In this document: positions 26,740 to 38,086 of the stretch, one piece after another
How positions within the stretch are numbered: the stretch's first letter is position 1
Layout: every line of letters starts with the position of its first letter
Assembly: GCF_018977255.1 (NCBI RefSeq)
Contig: NW_024704745.1
Location: 36,952,001 to 37,016,000, forward strand
Direction of reading: 5' to 3'
DNA length: 64,000 nt
Source of the DNA: Callorhinchus milii
Taxonomy: Eukaryota
The notes under the pieces: generated by a model
Seen by the model: only the letters and a program-made list of their open reading frames with translations
What the model was told of the DNA's origin: nothing
The model's database searches: none
Program-made: the position numbers and the translations under genes

Positions 26740-29337
26740 TCAGAACTGACTACACGTTGTCTGTTTTTCAAGAACTTCGAGGTAGTCCGGCTCAGCGTGA
26801 AGTTTTGCTTTAAGTTCCAGATAGTCATTTCTACTTTGCTCAATATATACATTACTGGGGGCACCATAGAGCACCGGCTCCCTCAACCTTTCTGGATGTA
26901 GATACTGGCGCCTAACTTCATAGTTAGGCGAATAATGATAGCTTGGTGGACTACCATAGTTATAGTCAATGTTGTTCCCATTGGGTGATTCATTCTCAGG
27001 TTCTAAAATCCCACGGTAGAAATGCTCTACTTCTTGCATTGGAGAGATGTCCTCTCGCGGCTCAATAGTGCTGATGCTGTATGTGGGGCTTCTCAGCTGG
27101 TTTTCTCGTTCCTCATCTATGTGGTTTCTGTAGGTAACTTTCAGCTCGTGTAGATCCCTGTAGTCATCCACTGAATTGCCCTCCCTGGATCTGTAGATGG
27201 GATTCTTGCACATGTGTCCCAAAGGATGGGGGATGAACTCGTACACGTGGCTGGCAGGACTCTTGGCTTTGGGGGTTGACCTGTGGCTGTAAACGCCATA
27301 GTGCAGATTGAAGGAGCTCACGTCGGAATTGTTGGTGCTGGTGCGATCGCTCTGTGCTTTTTTGCGCCTTTTCATCACGACCACGAACAGACCCGCGGCC
27401 ACAAACACAGAGGTGATGAAAACCAAAAGCAAACTGAGGATGAGGACGGAGAGAGGCACGGAGCTGGTCTCTGCTCTGACCTGCAGTGGGGGCGGGGTGG
27501 TGCTGCTGCTGGTGGGCTCCGGGGTCGGGACAGCAGTGGGTGAGGGGGTAGTTACAACGATGTCAGAGTAATCGGGACAAATAAGATCCGATGCAATCGC
27601 TCTCACGTCCTCCCCTGTGAACTTCTTTGGCGACTGGCAGATCACATCGTTGATGACTGCGCCAGTGTTGAGTTTCTCCAACCAATGCTTCATCCCCACT
27701 ATGTTGCACCTGCAATCCCAGGGGTTTTCGTACAGGTCTATCTGTATAAGGAACTTCAGGTGCTCTAAGACCCCCACCACGGGCAGGGAGGTGAAACGGT
27801 TATTCCTCAGGTTAATCCTGGTCAGATTCAAGCCCGAAAAGACGTCGGCGGGAAAAGAACGGAGCAGATTGCTGTTCAAAAAGAGCAACTGCAGGTTGGG
27901 CACCACCTTGAAGGTGCCGAGCGCGATGTCTTTAATGGCGTTGTACTCGAGGTACAGGTATTGCAGATTCCGCAGACCGTAAAATATCTCGGAGGTCAGT
28001 CTGTCGATGCAGTTTCCATTCAGGTAAAGTCGGCGCAGGTTCGTCAGATTCACGAAAGCGCGATCTTGGATGGTGGCTATCTTGTTGTGGCCGAGGTGCA
28101 GCAAGTCTAATCCCGTGGAATCGATAAAATCGGATCTGCGGACGATCTGGATGTGGTTTCCTGTGAGGTACATCTTTTTGGGGTTGTAGGGCTTTGGCTC
28201 CAGCTCGGTTACTCTCTCGATCTTCTTCTCCTGGCAATTGACGTTGAGCCCCAGATCCGAGATCTGCAGGTTACACGTGCATTGCCGGGGACAGACTAAA
28301 GGCACAGGGGATTTGGTCTGATAGGCGATGATGGGTCCGTAGTTGTATCCTTCCTTTGCGGTGGGGCCTCTGGAGATCGGACGTTTGGGGAGGCGAGTGC
28401 TTTTAGGGGCTCTCGCCGGAGACTTGGGCGAGAAGGTGATGATGGAAGTGGCCGGGGCCGGAGTGGTGTAAAAATACCCATGTGTGGTCAAAGGTGGCAT
28501 AGGTTTCCAATCGGAGTCGGTGCTCGTTCTCCTGGGGCACAATTCTTGCTTGGAGACCTCATCCAGGTCTCTGCCGTGCAGGCGGAAAGGTGTCTCGCAG
28601 ACCACCTCCCCGACCAGAGCCGTGTAGGCGATGCTCTCCAGCCAAGCCTTGAGGGCGATCAGATCGCAGCTGCAGTTCCAGGGGTTTTCCTCCAACTGCA
28701 GTTCCACCACCCGGTCCATGTGCTCCAAAAGGCCCGCGTAGGGCAACATCTTGAGCCGGTTGCCCCGCAGGTCGAGGTGAGTGAGGGGGACGTATCTGAA
28801 AACGTTGCTGGACAAGCTGCCGAGCAGGTTGTCGTTCAAGATCAACACCTGCAGCATGTGCAGTTTGCTGAAAGTGCCGGCTTCGATCCAGCTGATGTAG
28901 TTGTAATCTACCTGGAGGTATTCCAAGTTCTCCAGCCCCGCAAAAGTGTCGTCCCTCACCCCTTCCAGTTTGTTGTTGTTCAGGTGTAACCTCCTCAAGC
29001 CTCTCAGCCCGTGAAAAGCTCCCGCCTCGATCTCCTGGATGCGGTTGTTGCCCAGATGCAGGATGGAGACGCCGGTGAAATTCAGCAACTCGTTCGGGTA
29101 CAACCTGCTCAGCAGATTCCCGGTGAGGAACAAGTGATAGACGGGGAAGTGCGGAGGGCTGATCTGCACGAGGCTGGCGATCTCTCTGTTTTCGCAACCG
29201 ACGATCAGCACCTCGTCCCTGTCCTCGCAAGAGCAGAGGCTCTCGCAAACGTCTCCGTAGCTGTCGATGCTCTCAGCCCAGACGAGGGCGAAGGAAGCGA
29301 ATGCCACGGTTTGCGTTACCCACACGTACATTTTCAT
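26740..29337 (-). CDS. SLITRK5: SLIT and NTRK-like protein 5 (865 aa, single coding exon)
   Basis: Uninterrupted ORF. The first ATG (MKMYVW...) is at 29337; the track start at 29463 is a non-ATG codon upstream of a splice acceptor. It encodes a signal peptide, two LRR clusters with LRRNT/LRRCT caps (NPWNCSC, NPWDCRC), the PIIAYQTKSP linker, a TM helix (VPLSVLILSLLLVFITSVFVAAGLFVVVM), NPIY, and PDYLEVLEKQTTCSQF. Segments such as FHGLRGLRRLHLNNNKLE and CETPFRLHGRDLDEVSKQELCPRR match SLITRK5 as I recall it. Confidence 0.96.
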   Translation of the reverse strand: MKMYVWVTQTVAFASFALVWAESIDSYGDVCESLCSCEDRDEVLIVGCENREIASLVQISPPHFPVYHLFLTGNLLSRLYPNELLNFTGVSILHLGNNRIQEIEAGAFHGLRGLRRLHLNNNKLEGVRDDTFAGLENLEYLQVDYNYISWIEAGTFSKLHMLQVLILNDNLLGSLSSNVFRYVPLTHLDLRGNRLKMLPYAGLLEHMDRVVELQLEENPWNCSCDLIALKAWLESIAYTALVGEVVCETPFRLHGRDLDEVSKQELCPRRTSTDSDWKPMPPLTTHGYFYTTPAPATSIITFSPKSPARAPKSTRLPKRPISRGPTAKEGYNYGPIIAYQTKSPVPLVCPRQCTCNLQISDLGLNVNCQEKKIERVTELEPKPYNPKKMYLTGNHIQIVRRSDFIDSTGLDLLHLGHNKIATIQDRAFVNLTNLRRLYLNGNCIDRLTSEIFYGLRNLQYLYLEYNAIKDIALGTFKVVPNLQLLFLNSNLLRSFPADVFSGLNLTRINLRNNRFTSLPVVGVLEHLKFLIQIDLYENPWDCRCNIVGMKHWLEKLNTGAVINDVICQSPKKFTGEDVRAIASDLICPDYSDIVVTTPSPTAVPTPEPTSSSTTPPPLQVRAETSSVPLSVLILSLLLVFITSVFVAAGLFVVVMKRRKKAQSDRTSTNNSDVSSFNLHYGVYSHRSTPKAKSPASHVYEFIPHPLGHMCKNPIYRSREGNSVDDYRDLHELKVTYRNHIDEERENQLRSPTYSISTIEPREDISPMQEVEHFYRGILEPENESPNGNNIDYNYGSPPSYHYSPNYEVRRQYLHPERLREPVLYGAPSNVYIEQSRNDYLELKAKLHAEPDYLEVLEKQTTCSQF

Positions 29338-29401
29338 GCCCGGGGTTTGGGCTCGGGCTCGGCTCTCGCTGTTTATTCTCGTGCTGGTTTGCAGCCTGTC
29401 A

Positions 29402-29425
29402 CCTTTCAGGAGAGAAGAAAAGAGT
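29402..29425 (-). other. Splice acceptor of the SLITRK5 coding exon
   Basis: Minus strand reads ctcttttcttctctcctgaaAG|gtgacagg: a polypyrimidine tract with AG at 29404-29403, 65 nt upstream of the ATG. Confidence 0.7.
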
Positions 29426-31134
29426 ATAAATACTTTGCATTTGCCAACGATCGCAAACGTCACAAAATACGATTTTCCCCGTCTCCTTGGCTCCCCACTT
29501 TTAAGGGGAGGGGAGGGAGGGGGGAGGGAGGGGAGGGGGGTTTATTTCCTGACCAGAGACGCGGCTGCTCGAATTGGCATGAGACTGCCAACAGATCGCT
29601 GCAATGACGTGGAGGTCATCAAGAGTTAAAATGACATTCCCCAAATAATTCCACGGATCCCACTATGTCTCCTCGGCTTCTCAATCCGACCCTGGATCCT
29701 CGACTGGAAGTCCAATGCATTCGAGAGGCAGCCGTGGTTTTACTTGAAGAAACGCACCCAGTGATTAAGAATCCACGAGAGATATTCTTACTTGAAATGG
29801 GAAAGTTGCATCGAGTCAGCGGTGAGATTACAAGAAAACACACGCATTGCCTAAAATGTGCAACCCCCCCCCCCAAAAAAAAAAAAATGCTACTTTGATT
29901 TTAAATCATCCCGAGACGTCAGGCTGATCAATAGCTGCCTGTCTATATGCTGACTGAAATACACGAACACGTTGATTTTTTTAAAGGCTGTCTTTACCGA
30001 CTAATGGATCAAAGCAAAAAAAAAATGGATTGCAAAGGATTTTGACCCCTAAAAAAACATGCGGATGCGTCTCACATAAGCCAACACAGGGAGCCTGTGA
30101 TTCCCGAGTCCAAGCTACAGAGCGCAGTGAAAGGCTATTACCCTTATCTCCTTGACATGAAAGATGACAAAGTGACACTAAACGGCTGGAAAAGACTACA
30201 CATGGCTTTATATTTAATTTGAGCCGAATGCAAAGCTCTTTTTTGACCGACTTACCCAAGATCTTCAGCCACTGTTGGGTTTGCAGACAAACCTGAAACA
30301 CTCAGCCATATCTGACATAGCGTTTACACCCAAAATGTTGCAAAAGCAGTCTGGTAAAAGTAGTTAGTCTGGAACATTGGTCATGGATAAAGCTCATCGC
30401 CAATGTTACAACACAGGAAATGCTGATTATACTCGGCGATGGCTGTCGCAGTCCTTCATTCTTCGGGGGTAAAAGATACCCAAGTTGATTAAAGGCAAAC
30501 GAACAATGTGCGTCAGTGATTTAATGCTCAAATTTCATCTACAGTCGGAAACAAATCCGATTTCCTGGCGCTTCCCTCTCTCTTTTTTNCTGATTCCGCC
30601 ACTGCGTACAATCTCCGCGAAATCCCGACCCACTGAGGCTGAAAACCACTTGGTTTCGAGCACATCGTTTTGCATTTCCCCCTTGAAACACGAAGGCTGC
30701 ACTGATGCACACCATGTAATGCAATGTAACCGTAGGGGTGGGGGGAAAGGGAAAAAAAATATTATTCCCTATAGGAATTCCCCTCTTCTGATTTCGGAGG
30801 GATTCGTAAGGTTCCCCCCTCGGTTTGTGGATAATTTTATCCCCCACCGGTACCTCGACACCGCACTTCCATTCCTCCCATTAAAGTTCCCCAATTCCAT
30901 CAGTGCGGAAGGCAATGACCTGTCACACTAAACTTGGCGACTGGCAGTAGTGAAGCGATCGCAGCCGTGGCTCGGGAGAGGCGATGCCCCGCATCAGATG
31001 CCTCTCCGGGTTCCGCGATGTGTTTCTTTTTTTTAATGTCGGGTTTGCGTTATTTGCCCAAAGCTCTCAATGCCTCGATCGCCAGGTCCGGCACCGAGAA
31101 CCACACACAGGGAAAAAAAGGCTGCCTTTAGCTG

Positions 31135-31155
31135 GTCAGGACCACAGACAGCGAG
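31135..31155 (+). promoter_or_regulatory. Candidate RE1/NRSE (REST) site
   Basis: GTCAGGACCACAGACAGCGAG versus consensus TTCAGCACCACGGACAGCGCC: 16/21 matches, upstream of a neuronal gene. Confidence 0.4.
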
Positions 31156-31200
31156 AGTTCATTTAGACCTTCCTCACACACTCACACACATACACACGCC

Positions 31201-31230
31201 GAGCCGAGCAGAGCCGAGCAGAGCAGAGCC
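31201..31230. repeat. (GAGCM)6 pentamer repeat
   Basis: gagccgagcagagccgagcagagcagagcc. Confidence 0.85.
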
Positions 31231-31387
31231 AGACATCCTCCTAATGAAATTAGAGGGTACCTACCCCGCGCTCTTGAGAGATCATAATATAACAGGAGAT
31301 GGTGCGTTTCCGGCTACGATCGGAGTTAGTTGTTTTTTTTTGCTATGCGATTAGGAATCCTTAAAGTGGTCCTTCTGCTATTTTTTT

Positions 31388-31480
31388 GGGGGGGTGGGGG
31401 CTGGTGGTGGTGGTGGTGGTGGCGATGGGGGGGGAGGTTGTGGTGGTGGTGGTGATGGGGGGGGGGGGGTGAGGGGGAGG
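31388..31480. repeat. (GGT)n / poly-G low-complexity tract
   Basis: Read directly from the sequence; two GGT arrays each followed by a G-run. Confidence 0.9.
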
Positions 31481-31672
31481 TTGCTGTGCTGATACAGACG
31501 CTTGGGTTTTGCAGACTGCTTCACGTTCGTAACGTGACGGTCAGCTGGACGCTGGGCTGTGCTTCACTTCCACCAACTTTAACAGGCAATCACAGCAGAG
31601 TGATCGCCTCCCGGCAACACAGCCTTCCTCTCTGATCCCCTCTCTTTCTACAGCACTTTTTGGTCTAAACCG

Positions 31673-31698
<26 letters not shown>
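31673..31698. repeat. (AC)13 microsatellite
   Basis: Read directly from the sequence. Confidence 0.95.
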
Positions 31699-31703
<5 letters not shown>

Positions 31704-32347
31704 TACACGTACAGATACGCTTTGGACTGCACTGTTATAATTGTGTGCATTAAAAATAAGGCTAAATCCAACTCGTCTCCATTTACCTACAAATCGGGTT
31801 ACAGAGATAGGGAGGGTTTGTCGGGAGTAATCCACTGTGGGTATTAATGCAGAGTTATGGAAACCCCTCGGGGAATGTGCGATGTTGTTACCGCGAATCC
31901 TTTTATTAATCTGTTTTTGTCTTCTAATTCCCCACTGTCAGTGGCCGGTGAACAGCAATTGCGAAGAATTAACGTTAATCTGCATCAGATGCAGAAATTC
32001 GGAAAATAGTCTTCAAATTGCAATGAAACACTGAAGCATTTTTTTTTACCCCCCCCAAAATAATAAAAAAAATGATATCTACACCAGGAACGCCAGAGTC
32101 TTCCACTTATTTCGAGTGATGTTCTTTCCTTTGGTCTTGTTCGATGCTGTGATATTTTCCTTCATTCTTCCAAGCCTGATTATTTCCTTATTTCTAACTG
32201 GGTCATAAATCAGCGCTAATAAACCATTTGTAAGCGAGGCAGTATTTAGTGCACTCAGCAGCGCTGTTTGTCATTCAAGTAGCCATTTCCTCAACACCAG
32301 CAGCAAAGGAAAAAGCAAACATGCTCACTTGAACTGACAATGTCAGA

Positions 32348-32365
32348 TGCCAGTAGATGGCAGTG
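32348..32365 (+). promoter_or_regulatory. Candidate CTCF site
   Basis: tgCCAGTAGATGGCAGtg is an exact match to the CCASYAGRKGGCRS core. Confidence 0.55.
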
Positions 32366-32901
32366 CAGGGTGACAGATGTGAGTATGGACATGGGGGACT
32401 CCACACATTTGACTTTGCTGATTTTCAAGCAAACATATCAGGTTTGGTCGGTACCAGTTGATATCACAATGGATTTCCTTAATCTTCCACATGATCCTAT
32501 TTTCAATACATTTACCACTACTGCGAAAGCAACAATGACAATAAAGGCCAAGATTGTTGCTTAATTAGAGTACTATGGTAAGGAAGAAAAAAAACTATTT
32601 TCTTTCCTGCTTTCCAGCAAATGTGTAGTTTTGTTTATATATGCACAGTGTTGCCGTCAGTAGAGCAGGTGTCAACTGAGTGCATTCACACTTTTAGTTA
32701 CTTTCAGGCAGTGTTAACCCTGTTGGATGGATGGATGGACTCTTGGGGAAAGATTTAAAAGCAGGAGAATGTGATTACAATGGATAGCTCCATTGAGATA
32801 ACTAACATCAATATACATATCACCTCCACCCCCACCGCCCACACACCCACACAAATATAGATATCACCTCCTCTCCCCCCACTCCCCCCTGAAATGCAAC
32901 A

Positions 32902-33098
32902 CCTGCCCATTCACCTCTTCCCATATCATTGTCCATGGTCCCAAACACTGTTTTCAGGTGAGACAGCAACATGTACTTACATGTACTTCCACCAACTTAG
33001 TATATTGTATTCGTTGCTCACAATGTGGTCTCCTCCACATCAGGGAGACGAAAGGTAGATTGGGTGATCATTTTGCGGATCACCTCTGTTCCGTCCAT
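32902..33098 (+). mobile_element. Penelope-like element GIY-YIG endonuclease fragment
   Basis: Translates, across a frameshift, as CPFTSSHIIVHGPKHCFQVRQ / TCTSTNLVYCIRCSQCGLLHIRETKGRLGDHFADHL. This fits the PLE pattern NxVYxIxCxxCxxxYIGET...R..EH. Confidence 0.8.
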
Positions 33099-34471
33099 TG
33101 AGTTGCAACCCGAGTTGATTTGCTTTTGTCCACAAAATCCACTTTATGGCATATCCTGTGAAATGCTTTGGCACATCTTAATGATTAAATGCAGGGGTTA
33201 TTATTATTATTTTGCTAACTCCCTGTTTTAATCTGTGTTCTATTTTGGTCACCATGTACTGACCCAAAATTCAAGAACTGCGTGAGTGTTACCAATGCTC
33301 AAGATCATGCTCTGTTAAGTTCTGTTTCTACATTTCCTGTCCTTCTTAATAAACATGAAGTATTTCAAATACTTATTTTAAACTAATACATCATAAAGTC
33401 AGTATGGAGGATCCTGGTACCTTTTTTCATCTGTGCTCTTGTCCTCTCCCTGTTAAGAGGAAGTGCTAACTGGGAGTATTTTTTTTTACATTTTCTCTAC
33501 ATATATTTTTACAATTGCTATCAAAATGCACTATTGGATTGTTTAATCACTTTCAATTACCTTCCAAATTTTCTCTAAATTATATTGACAGCATTTCCCT
33601 GCGCGAAAAATACATGTTTTATAATAATAATACAATAATAATAATAATCTTTGCATTTGATACAGCATCTTTCACTTCAGAGAGGCATATCAAAGCACTT
33701 TATTTAAAGGCTCAGACATGAATAATAATCTTGTAAATAGTACTAGTGGCCATCGGTACATATGCAAATATATCCCAGAATAAATCAGCAATTTAGGAGA
33801 GGAGGGATTGGAGAACAAATGTTAAAATTAATAAAGACATCACTTTCGAAAATGTGTAAAGTAATTCATGATTCAGATAATATCATAAACAATATGGGAA
33901 AGGGTCAAGGAGTTTTAATGTTATTTAAACTTATGAAAAATGGGTCCAACCAGCCATGGGGCTTTAGATCCAGAAGTAGTTCAATGCCGCAGCATTATGA
34001 CCCAGTTTTATGAGTGCTATTATAAGAGATTGTTATACCAGAATAAGCACTGTTATACCCTTGAAACATATTGTTTTTTGTGTTTTATTGTGATCTATTT
34101 TTTTTAATGGAACATTAAAGAAACATAGCAAGTTGGAGTAACACAGAATCTGGAAGAAGAGGTTATTGATGAATGAGAACCAATTTGAAGGAAATGAAAC
34201 AATTGTCTTGGTAGTGCCAGTCCAGGTAATTGGAATCAAATGGTACTCATGCTCAACAGACTCATACTGTAGTTTAATACTTGAGTATACTCTCTGGGAT
34301 AAATTCTAAATAAATTATTTTCAGTTTTATTTTAAACAAAATGCTGTATATATCACATGTAATAATAGTCTTTGAATTTGATATTGTAACCTTTCATGTC
34401 TGGAAGCTATCTTAAAGAACTTGAGGTAAATGCAGCAGCACACATGTTGTGTGCACAAACATGTTGTCTTT

Positions 34472-34842
34472 GGAGTCCTGTAGCTCAGTGGTTAGTGCAC
34501 TCGCATTACAAGCGAGAGGACTTGGATTTGATTCCCGGGCAGGGCAAAACGCTGGGCAAGTTTTCTTACTCCACACACCTCTACTTACCTTGCAGTAAGC
34601 AGGAACCTGGTTGTTAGTTGATTGGTGGATCACTTTTCCGTGGGTAATAATCTCTTCAAAAAAAATAAAAATTTGGTCACTCAATCCACCACTGTGTGTG
34701 GGACACTGCAGTGCGTAATTGGCTGCCGCGTTTCACCCACAAAATATACAGTCAGTTCACTTTCCATTATATTCTGTGAAGCGTTTTGAGACGTCTTGAA
34801 GATGTGATAAGACGCTATATCAAATGCAAGGATTATTATTAT
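34472..34842 (+). mobile_element. Young SINE, long variant, nested in an older minus-strand SINE (about 34360-35132)
   Basis: Full head, an extra internal segment of about 65 bp, and an ATT tail. The flanks resume the older SINE. Confidence 0.9.
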
Positions 34843-35654
34843 GTAAACAGCTATGAAGTGAATGACAAATTTTATTTGGATGATTGTTGGCAAGGACACC
34901 AAGCGTAACTCCCTCCTAGTGCCATGGGACGATTAAAGTCCACCTGAACAGGCAGATGGGACCACAGTTTAACATTTGATCTAAAGGACAGCACCTCTAA
35001 CAATGCAGCATAGCCAAAACATTGTATTTGGTTGTCAGCCTAGACTATGCAAACTTAAGGTTCTGATGTGGGGCCTAAAACCACAACCTTTTAACTCAGA
35101 AGCGTGAGTGCTACCAACTGAGCCAGGCTGACACCATATTTAATGTTTTGTACTTTATCGTGCATTGTTTATTTCCTCAAGGATATTAATTGGTGTTCTG
35201 GTAAAAACTGTTTCCTTTAATTTCCTTCAATTACATCATTTTGCAGTTAATTATAGCCCTGAATTCTAGAAGTAAGCAAAACAAATAAGCATTTCCTCAG
35301 TGTAATTGTTTGCAACAATGGTTGACTAAATAAGTTCTTCTTTAATATAATTATTAGTGTACTTACAGAAGGCAAGTACTTCCATGAAAGGATATTAACA
35401 TCTTGTATGTAAGCCTAGCGAGAATTGACAAACAGACAGAATATTTGTTGAGCGTCTTAAGGTTAAATTCACTAGGGTTCTGAATTAAGATTTGTACAAT
35501 AAAATAAATCTATTTTTTAAAGGCTGCAATCTCCTGAACAGAATAAGCAGAAAGTATTTTCAATTAAAGCGCAACTTTCTACCAAGACATAGAGGACAGC
35601 AACATTTTCTTCTTGGAAAGGGATAAAGATGTCAGCCTGGTTTAGTTGGAAGCA

Positions 35655-36005
35655 TTCAGAAGGTTTGGGGATCACGCTCCTCATTGAGACTTTGAACTCC
35701 AATGGAGTGCTGGGGGACTGCTTCATTGTCAAAAATGCTGTCTTTCAAATTAGTTATTAAACTGAGGCTCTGTTTACCTGATCAGGTTGATATTAAAGAT
35801 CTGTAGTACTATTCAAAAACAGAAGGAAATTTGTCCTGACTAACAATCCTCTACATAACACAAATTATTCAGTCAGTTCAGGGTTGTTTGTGGGATATTG
35901 TTGTGTGCAAACTCGCTTTTACCTACAAATAGACATTATGATATTCTGAGGTTATGAAGTTAAGAATTTATAGGGCCTTTATGAAATGCAAGGATTGTTT
36001 TTATT
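35655..36005 (+). mobile_element. Older Deu SINE, degraded
   Basis: gagtgctgggggactgcttcattgtc...aggttgatattaaagatc...aaatgcaaggatt. Confidence 0.65.
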
Positions 36006-38086
36006 ACAAAACTGGGCACCATGCAAACATTGATAATGGAGAGAAAGACCACATTGCCCACAATGAATCTAATTGTAAATAAGAATGAAAAATACAATCA
36101 ATCCACTTTAAAATATATTCTGTGAAGTGCTTTGAGACCTCTCAATGAGGTGATAAGGTACTATATCAAATGCAAGGATTGTTATTATATATATCTTTCA
36201 CAGTACATAGAGCTTCAGTCTCAAGTAATTATGACCTAAATTCAAACACGCTTGCTTATCAGTGAGGATACAATACTAATGCCTACAAAATAAACATATC
36301 ACTGAAGACAATTCTAAAGTAAGGAGCATGTTTTCAGATACGTTAGCTCTCAGATGTAGAGATGGACATTTCTGCAGTTATAATCAAGGTAAAAGAAAAT
36401 TTCTCTGAAGCATAATGTATCAATCAAATTTGTCTTTTTTAATTAGACACAGTAGAGCTTTCGATTTTTGGTCCCCTCCTCTTCAATATCTACATGCTTC
36501 CTCTTGGAGGTTGGAGGTGAGATGTGGATGCAGGTTGAACCCATTTGGATTACGTACTTAATAAACTTAAAGCGTTCCCAGACAGTCAACATTGACAAAT
36601 TAAAGATGTTAGATCTTCTCTGAGGATTTTCATGTTAGAAATCTATCATATAAATGCATATAGATTTATACCAACTATTCAAGAGTGTGCTTCTGTATAA
36701 GGGAAAGAAAGACTTCTTTAATAGATGCTAAATTGCACATTAATTGAATCATCAGCAACCTTAGCTATCACAAATTGCTCTGTGGAAAAATAAATGGCAA
36801 CTGGAAACTCAACAGTGTCAGAGTAAAAATGTCATACATGTTTTGCTTATGAATGATATATTGTTGCACTTTCTGGATCCTGCTAGTTTTTAATATTTGG
36901 ATTCATTCACTGGCTTCTGACAACTGATTGACCAAAAATTGTTGAGACTGAGTTTTATCTGTTTACCATTATGACTTTCCAATACCCCATACACCAAATA
37001 TTAAAAGTAATTTCTTGCCCAGGATATTTAATGTATTTGGATTCTACCACTTTATATGCTAAGCATTTTCTATCGCAGTTACGAAGCTAGTGATATTCAA
37101 AAAGTTGCATTATACAAGGCTTAAGCTAAAAAATGCCACAAATTTCCAAAGCAAGAAAACATACAGTATGAGGCCAAATAAAGAAAGCAAAACCCGCTCT
37201 TGTGAGAGAATGGCAATCAGATTACTTGTAGTTTCCAGAAGAAAGAGCAATCAAATTTTTGTTCTTGATAGTTAACATCACAGCTCTGAAAACTTTGGCA
37301 CAAAATGCAGTTGCACTATTACTCAACTAAGGTGTATAGATGAATTATTGAAATACGGTGTATGGATCAAGCAAGCAGCTGCTTCACATCTACCTCATGG
37401 AATCTTGTATAGAAAAGATAAATGCAAATATGAAAACTTTTGTATTACAACTTGATAGACAATGAAAGTAGGTATTGCTACAGAAAGGATTTCATGAAAT
37501 ACACTAAAGTTATTCTTTCAAATGTGATAATGAGATTTAAAGCGTGTAGATTTCTAATATCTTTTTAAAAATGTCTCTGAATTACAACTGGAATTCATTC
37601 CTTTAACTTAAAATATTTCACACTTCAATTTGCAGAAGGAACTTGTTTTGTAACTCAGAATCCTTTTAAAAAAATCCCATTTGGAAATCCCAAATAAATT
37701 ACAACCCACCAAAAATGCATAGTGATTAAAGACATCTGGCCATCCAGGATATAACCCTACATGAAAGGGCCCACATTAATGCAAGTTGGTGTTGTTCATA
37801 GAGGTGATCAAGGATACCTTAAATTAAATGCTCAATCATAAAAAATAGCTTGAAATACAAAATTAAGCTAATCTATTCAAGGAGTACATCCAAAGTAAGG
37901 CTGTAAGGTCTGAATTATAATGTTTGCCAAAGGATTTGTAAATAGTGATTCCTGCAGGTACTCAGGTACAAGAGATCAGTGTCTAAGTGATGTTCCAGAC
38001 TTACTATTTACTAATCCTTTTGCAAATCTTACATTTTAGTCCATATTGTCTGGTTTCTGAATTTATAGCATATCGAATAAAGCATA

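Larger units (their letters stand above)
30550..32000 (-). promoter_or_regulatory. CpG-rich putative promoter / non-coding first exon region of SLITRK5
   Basis: Many CpGs, G-runs and simple repeats in an otherwise CpG-poor window. Candidate minus-strand donors are at 31264 (GG|GTAGGT) and 31786 (AG|GTAAAT). The TSS cannot be determined. Confidence 0.55.

Noticed and set aside
29338-29463. 907-aa version of the SLITRK5 ORF
   Set aside because: It starts at a GTG and crosses a polypyrimidine tract and acceptor, so the first 20 or so codons are most likely intronic.
27283-29629. Antisense and alternate-frame ORFs over SLITRK5 (up to 229 aa)
   Set aside because: Expected shadows of a GC3-rich CDS, with no recognisable domains.
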